Below are positions 58,434 to 64,000 of a stretch of 64,000 nt of DNA, in pieces; within the stretch, counting starts at the first letter, position 1; the number at the start of each line of letters is the position of its first letter. The DNA is from Flectonema sp. DT1601 (Eukaryota), in assembly GCA_964019425.1 (NCBI GenBank), contig OZ025797.1:558001-622000 (forward strand). Direction: 5' to 3'. The notes below the pieces were generated by a model. The model was not told where the DNA came from, ran no database searches, and saw only the letters and a list, made by a program, of their open reading frames with translations. The position numbers were made by a program, and so were the translations under genes.

Positions 58434-61400
58434 GGGGGGTAACTTGATACTAATATTAAATGGAAAGCAACTTGAAACTGGCAAAAACGAGAATAGGGTT
58501 CGGCCAAACCTGGTTGCAATATAAGAAATCAACAGTTGGTATCGATAGAAAATCCCATATGTGCTGTCGAATATGGGGATTCGGGGGCCACGTACTACAG
58601 GTTGAGCACCCCATGCCCTGTAGCCCGTTACAGCTTAAAATAGTATTCCTTCACACTTCAAAGGTAAATAAATATTAAAGGAAAATTAAAAAAAGAAAAC
58701 TATTTTTGCAAAAATAATAAAAGAAATAAAGAATAAAAATAAAATATAAATTATTTCTGGTTCGTAGCACACTACCAGTGGAGCACATCTCGCAATACTT
58801 TGCTGCGAGTGATAATTAACTACGTTCGCTTTGCTCTCGAAAGACTGTACAATGAGTTTGGTGTGATCTTAAGCCTCGTAAATTAAATTGTCTTCCGGCC
58901 TGAGATTCCGTGGCACCACACGCAGTACAGATGAATAATCCCAAACAACTCAAACAAACATCATAATCACAGTCTTTTTGTCTACATTGGAATGCAAGAT
59001 TATAAGTGGTTTGTGGCATGTTGCGATCACAGATATTACAGTACATATTACTACTTACCTTCGCAAATTTCAGGTTGTGTCTTGCTGGACATAAGTGGAG
59101 CTCTTCTTTAAAGATTAGAATGTCTGAATCTTCTAATAAATTAATAAGTACATCCACAACTAGCTCTTCATCAATCGTATTAGAACTTGAGGAAGTAGTT
59201 GAGGAAGATGAATCGGAAGAGGTCACAGATACGGTTTCTGAGGTTAAATCTGAGCAACTTGACATTGTTGTGGCTGCTTTCATTTTGATCTCATCGAAGT
59301 ACCAGTAATGCAACAGTTCGTAAACATCATAATTAACGTTGTCGAAGGTTAAAAGGTTCATAGTGGCACCCGCTTTCGATAGAAGAGTATCAGCGTCGAC
59401 AAAATTAGGACACATTTTCGCTAATTCAGGTACTATTAAATTCATGAAAGCCTCATAATTCCATTGCGACATAGTAAATATGGTGCATTGTTTTCCGTGA
59501 CTTCTCGGTAAAATTGGCATATAGTGCTCAGAAGTAGTATGGTACGCCATTACACCGATCGTACCCCAAAAATATGTATCTTGTGTACTGGCTGGGGAAA
59601 TCCATCGTAAACTTTTTTCCTGCACGCTATTAATAGTGATTAGTATTAAAGAACAACCCATTTCATCTAAGAAAGCTTGAATATACACATGATCTGTATA
59701 TGTATTACTGTCAAGTACATCTTCTGTGAATTTTTCATAATCTGTGTCTACAAAACTTTGGTATTGCGCCTTCTTTAAAGTCAGTCTACGATGTATAACT
59801 CTACGTACCCATTCAGCGTTTATGACTCCATTTTGACAAATTATTAGTGCCATAGATTCAAAGAAACAATTACCTGCTGTGTTTACCGAGGGTATTGTTA
59901 AGTCCCAGTCCATAGTTTCTAGTAGAGTTTTCATATCCCGAAACGTAAAATAAGAAACCAACTCGTCCAAATGTCCCAGATTCACCTTGGCATCCGAATT
60001 GGTAGGGGATGACAATTTTTGAACTAGGACAGCTGTTCTGTCGGTTTCAATTTCATCTTTTTCGATGGGCGGGTACGTTATATAGTTTCTTTCACCAGTC
60101 GGGTAGTAATAATCTTTCTTCAAGCCTTCAAGGATCCGGTAGAAAAGATTGATGCATCTTTTATTGACAAAAGGATATTCTTCATAGAATTCGTCACAAA
60201 ATTCCTTGTAGCCGGTTGATATGTGATGCTTTTTAAATTTTCTAGTAATCATCCGATAAATTATCCATTCAAACTCTATTAGTAGGTCAGAGAGGTTGTT
60301 ACAAATCATGCTGGCTCTATACATCGCTCCTTTAACTATACCTTTGGGTATGGAATCAGGCATCGTGGAGTCTGCATGCACGTACTGTAAAGGTTTGAAG
60401 TTCCACTCTTTCCGATGAACGGAGAGACGAATAAATTTCTTTTTCACTTTCACTTCTTCCCTTGCAATGTCTTCCTCGACCCGTATCCGTGCACCAAGAA
60501 ACACCACATCATTACTATCTAGGGAGGTATCTTTGTAGTCCATGCCGTACATCTTTTGCGGCGGTGGTTTTGTCCCCCAGCATAAAAAATCATCAATATA
60601 TCTTACTGTTAAAGTATGTGACTTCGCAATTTCCAGAGTTGACTGTTCTATAAATTTCTTCTCAACTGCATAACAATACAAGTTAGCTAGAAGCGGGGAG
60701 GCATTACCACCCATGGGTATCCCTTTCGTTTGACGGTAGCATTGATGACTACCAATCGGTTGGATTAAAGAATAGTCGATACACATGTCAATTAGTTTAC
60801 CAATCATTTCGGAAGTGTATTCCTTTGTGTTTGCATCAACTCCGTCTGTGAAAAAGAAAGTCTTGGACTTTCCACGTGCTCTGCTATTTCGTGCAATATG
60901 TTTCTTACCGGAAAATCTAAAAGCTTCATCTACTGCTTCTTTGCAATTTCGTTTAAGTACCTTATGCTTCAGGTTGCTGTACATGGTGGTGAAGTCATAA
61001 GTTTTGGGTTCAGCGTATTTTAAAAATTCAGGGTAGTTGGATTTAATCCGTTGTATTACCTCATCTACTGAGTCAACAATAAAATATTTTCTAACACCAG
61101 TCTTTACATATTCCATATGGTCCTTTGATTTTAGTGTGAGCAGTATTAACTTAATAATTCCAGTAAGTTCTTGTTGAGCGTGTGTCATTACATTGGATCG
61201 AAAAACTCTCTCTCTTGTATTGGTCACCTTCTTTGATTCGTCAGTCTCTTTGTCAGGTTCATTCGTTTCCTCAATCAAAGTTTCACAGTTGACAGAAGTA
61301 CCTGCAATCCATCTAAGGCGGATGTCTGGGATCTTATGCAGTTTAAAAATCCCATATAAGTACGGCACTGCGCCAGTGATTTTTGGAAATTTGAGTTCCT

Positions 61401-63560
61401 TATTTGTTTTCATTAACCCGTCTGTTAATACATTTTCTACTTGTTCGTAACTTTCCATTTCATTTTTCAATAGCTCACAATAATAAGCTTTGCACATTAC
61501 TGCGCAATCATGTCTTGCTTTATCCACTGGGAGGAATAGGACATGTTTTTTTAGGTCCTTTAATTCTCTCATACACTTTGCTAAAGTTGCATCGTTGGGT
61601 AAGGGTTTTAATTGTATTTGTGAAGTGAATTCTTCCTTCAGCCATCTATTTAAGACTTCGGCGTTTGCTTCTCTGTCGCTTTTAGTTGTCCCAATCATGA
61701 ATCTCGTTACTTTTTCGGTAAATCTATCAGCTGCTTCATGAAGTTCTTGTGTCATCTCATGTTGTGAACAGTGAATACGGTAAAGCATTCCTAACTTTAG
61801 TACCTCTTTTAGTTGATCACTACATTTCAAAGAAGAACAATGTCCTGCAACATGTTTGGTATTACAATTATCTTCTTTGTATTGATAACAAGGACATTGT
61901 TTATCATTTAGTGGAGGTGACTTTTCTAACTCAATCGTATTTGTGTTAAATATTTTCGATCCTAAAGTTCTGCTGAGTCCATAGGATGTTTTGGTAGGTA
62001 AACCAGAGGGTAGTAACTTCTTATACTTTTCTTTTATGAATACTGCATTAAAGTCCATTTTCTTCACACAAGGGTGCAGCATCTTCAGACAAAACCAGTG
62101 GCAATCAACCACACGATTCTTTTTTCTTTCTCTTTTAATTTTAAGAGCCTCGTTGAGTGCTACAATGATTGCTTGCATTTTATTATTTTCTTTCACTTCG
62201 TGACTTGCAAATCTTCGGATCCAGTGAAACATTCGTGAAATTCTTGTGAAAGACCAGTCTTTAATAACTTCAACATTAAGTGCTTCAAGATTGCATAAAT
62301 GCTGTAGTTGTTTCCTTAAGCCATAGAATAGGCGAAACTTTGGGTTCGGTCCGACATCAGTGATGATCACTCGACCATTATTTATTTTCGTCCAATTTGA
62401 AGGGGGTTCGTTAGTATTCTTTTTCCGTCTTCTTCTTTTTATCTTTTCCGTCGGGACTTTCGTTCGTGTGGATGCTTTTTTGTTATTTTGTACTTTCTTC
62501 TTTCCCAGTATATTATAATGCGGTTTGAAATGACTGATCCAAAACCTCTCGGCTGGGTCAGCCATATTACGGAATAGGAAACTGTTGTTTTTCAGGAAGT
62601 CGGGTTCATTAATTACTTCCAGTGTCACTGGGAATAATGGATATTTTCTCTTACGTATGAATTTGTATAATGGTTGAGTACATTTCCCCTGTACTGAGCG
62701 ATTGCTCCAGTGTTGTTTTTCTCGATCTCTCGCAGTTTTATAAGTTTGACCAACATAACGGATATGTCCTCTCTCACACAATAAACCATAAATTACACCT
62801 TTACAATCTTGAGGCTGTGCTTCAAAAGAGAGTCCACGTTGTTGGCGTGCTGTCCTTAACTTCTTTGAATAGTTCTGTTCAAACTTTCGTCTTGCTTCTT
62901 TTAATGAAACTTCGTACTGATCATCTCTACGTTGGTTCTTTTCTAAGATCTTCCGGTCTTTAAATGCAACAGTGTGAACAGAACTTTCATCTTTGGCTCT
63001 GCGAACTACTGATTTGGCAATTCCAAACGGTATATGGTCAAGAGCTAAAGATAATTGGGATTTGGGAGGTGAAGTATTTTGGGATAAATTATAATTTTGC
63101 ATGAGTGTTATTAATAAAGGTAACTGTTAACTCTAAAATAGTTAACTATTTTTTTGGGAAGCTTGACCCTAAAACTGCTTTTTTAAGAAAATAAAAATAG
63201 TAAAAATTAAATAAAAATAATGAAAAGAGATTAAAGCTTTCTCAAGAAGGCTAAGGAAATGAAAGGGAAAAAGGTTGTCAGGGGATTATTGAAAGCAGGG
63301 GATGAAGGTCGGGTCAGGGCTACTTCCCAGCCACAAAACCTTCATCCTAAAACCCCTGCAGCACTTGATGACTGCTCCTCATCTAATATGGGATCTAACC
63401 TACTAGTCCGCAGACGACTACCCTACTGACGGTGTTCCTATTAGTCAGTCAATAGTGTCCATCTACGACAGCGGGTCATCAAATACACAAGATAATAGAA
63501 AGAGAAAGAAAAGAGAGAATTGACTAACCCTGTACTGAACAACCATCTCAGAACGGAAGA
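58434..63560 (-). mobile_element. Penelope-like retroelement with N-terminal endonuclease (Naiad/Chlamys-type domain order); boundaries inferred
   Basis: Single intact ORF with GIY-YIG before RT. Ends inferred from motifs shared with the 499-bp repeat and from a G-run at 58425-58439. Confidence 0.8.
58816..63102 (-). CDS. PLE polyprotein: GIY-YIG endonuclease, reverse transcriptase, OTU-like cysteine protease and zinc fingers
   Basis: GVIYG..RYVGQT...R.KQH...AERFWI..YN (GIY-YIG); PVDKA, YDFTTMYS, QTKGIPMGGNASPLLANLY, RYIDD and VFLG (PLE RT); AGNCFFESMA...VRR...HYMPI (OTU-like); Cys clusters at the C-terminus. Confidence 0.88.
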   Translation of the reverse strand: MQNYNLSQNTSPPKSQLSLALDHIPFGIAKSVVRRAKDESSVHTVAFKDRKILEKNQRRDDQYEVSLKEARRKFEQNYSKKLRTARQQRGLSFEAQPQDCKGVIYGLLCERGHIRYVGQTYKTARDREKQHWSNRSVQGKCTQPLYKFIRKRKYPLFPVTLEVINEPDFLKNNSFLFRNMADPAERFWISHFKPHYNILGKKKVQNNKKASTRTKVPTEKIKRRRRKKNTNEPPSNWTKINNGRVIITDVGPNPKFRLFYGLRKQLQHLCNLEALNVEVIKDWSFTRISRMFHWIRRFASHEVKENNKMQAIIVALNEALKIKRERKKNRVVDCHWFCLKMLHPCVKKMDFNAVFIKEKYKKLLPSGLPTKTSYGLSRTLGSKIFNTNTIELEKSPPLNDKQCPCYQYKEDNCNTKHVAGHCSSLKCSDQLKEVLKLGMLYRIHCSQHEMTQELHEAADRFTEKVTRFMIGTTKSDREANAEVLNRWLKEEFTSQIQLKPLPNDATLAKCMRELKDLKKHVLFLPVDKARHDCAVMCKAYYCELLKNEMESYEQVENVLTDGLMKTNKELKFPKITGAVPYLYGIFKLHKIPDIRLRWIAGTSVNCETLIEETNEPDKETDESKKVTNTRERVFRSNVMTHAQQELTGIIKLILLTLKSKDHMEYVKTGVRKYFIVDSVDEVIQRIKSNYPEFLKYAEPKTYDFTTMYSNLKHKVLKRNCKEAVDEAFRFSGKKHIARNSRARGKSKTFFFTDGVDANTKEYTSEMIGKLIDMCIDYSLIQPIGSHQCYRQTKGIPMGGNASPLLANLYCYAVEKKFIEQSTLEIAKSHTLTVRYIDDFLCWGTKPPPQKMYGMDYKDTSLDSNDVVFLGARIRVEEDIAREEVKVKKKFIRLSVHRKEWNFKPLQYVHADSTMPDSIPKGIVKGAMYRASMICNNLSDLLIEFEWIIYRMITRKFKKHHISTGYKEFCDEFYEEYPFVNKRCINLFYRILEGLKKDYYYPTGERNYITYPPIEKDEIETDRTAVLVQKLSSPTNSDAKVNLGHLDELVSYFTFRDMKTLLETMDWDLTIPSVNTAGNCFFESMALIICQNGVINAEWVRRVIHRRLTLKKAQYQSFVDTDYEKFTEDVLDSNTYTDHVYIQAFLDEMGCSLILITINSVQEKSLRWISPASTQDTYFWGTIGVMAYHTTSEHYMPILPRSHGKQCTIFTMSQWNYEAFMNLIVPELAKMCPNFVDADTLLSKAGATMNLLTFDNVNYDVYELLHYWYFDEIKMKAATTMSSCSDLTSETVSVTSSDSSSSTTSSSSNTIDEELVVDVLINLLEDSDILIFKEELHLCPARHNLKFAKVSSNMYCNICDRNMPQTTYNLAFQCRQKDCDYDVCLSCLGLFICTACGATESQAGRQFNLRGLRSHQTHCTVFREQSERS

Positions 63561-64000
63561 CGGTTGTTGACAATAAATATTTATTGAACATTTTAAAAAA
63601 ATAAAAAAATAAAGAAGTAAACTTAAACTTAATCTTCGTTGAAGATCTCGAAATTAATTCGTACTCATATCTCTGAATAAGGTACATAATATTATGTGTC
63701 CCAAATTCCAATTAAAATTCATAGTAATTCATCATGGCGGTACATTTGTACTCCGAATCAGCCAAATTATTCAGTACCAATTGGTACTTAGGACTAAGTA
63801 TACAGCTTTGAATTGTATATACTCTTCTTAGCTGCAACTGCCTCTAAATAAACATTTAAAATCAACCAAATTATTATTGAAAAACACAGTAGAAACGATT
63901 ATAACTTTAAAACAAATTTCTTCCAAACAAACGAACGATAACCAACCGAAGATACGCCCTTAAAGAAACAGGTAACAAAAGCTACCGTTTAGTTCAAATC

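Noticed and set aside
63294..63360. SECIS element for the PLE
   Set aside because: It lies 5' of the ORF, lacks a proper non-Watson-Crick quartet, and the ORF has no in-frame TGA.

Overview
AT-rich eukaryotic genomic DNA with short GT-AG introns, most likely from a euglenozoan protist (diplomonad-free, probably diplonemid-like). This is inferred from a trypanosome-like LSU rRNA fragment, a VIPER/TATE-type retroelement, and an all-minus-strand run of housekeeping genes. The window has three parts. (1) 1-10.8 kb: a giant intronless RNF213-like AAA+/sacsin-Nov/BMT5-like fusion ORF and a spliced HNH-nuclease gene. (2) 11-23 kb: a transposon nest containing a tyrosine-recombinase retrotransposon interrupted by 28S rRNA, a tRNA-headed SINE-like element, an intact APE-RT-RNaseH LINE and a piggyBac remnant. 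(3) 23-57 kb: co-oriented host genes (C2/MCTP-like, NOP53, hydrolase, NEK, CIPK-like kinase, CS-cyclophilin, zf-CHCC, Skd3/CLPB, D-cysteine desulfhydrase-like, MRD1), followed by an intact Penelope-like element with an N-terminal GIY-YIG and a C-terminal OTU-like domain. The most striking observation is a 499-bp non-coding tandem repeat at 44.2-45.7 kb. It shares, in the same order, several short motifs and covarying RNA structures (including a predicted pseudoknot) with both ends of the Penelope-like element, suggesting an autonomous/non-autonomous retroelement pair with uncharacterised structured RNA modules. All calls were made by eye from motifs; no searches were run.
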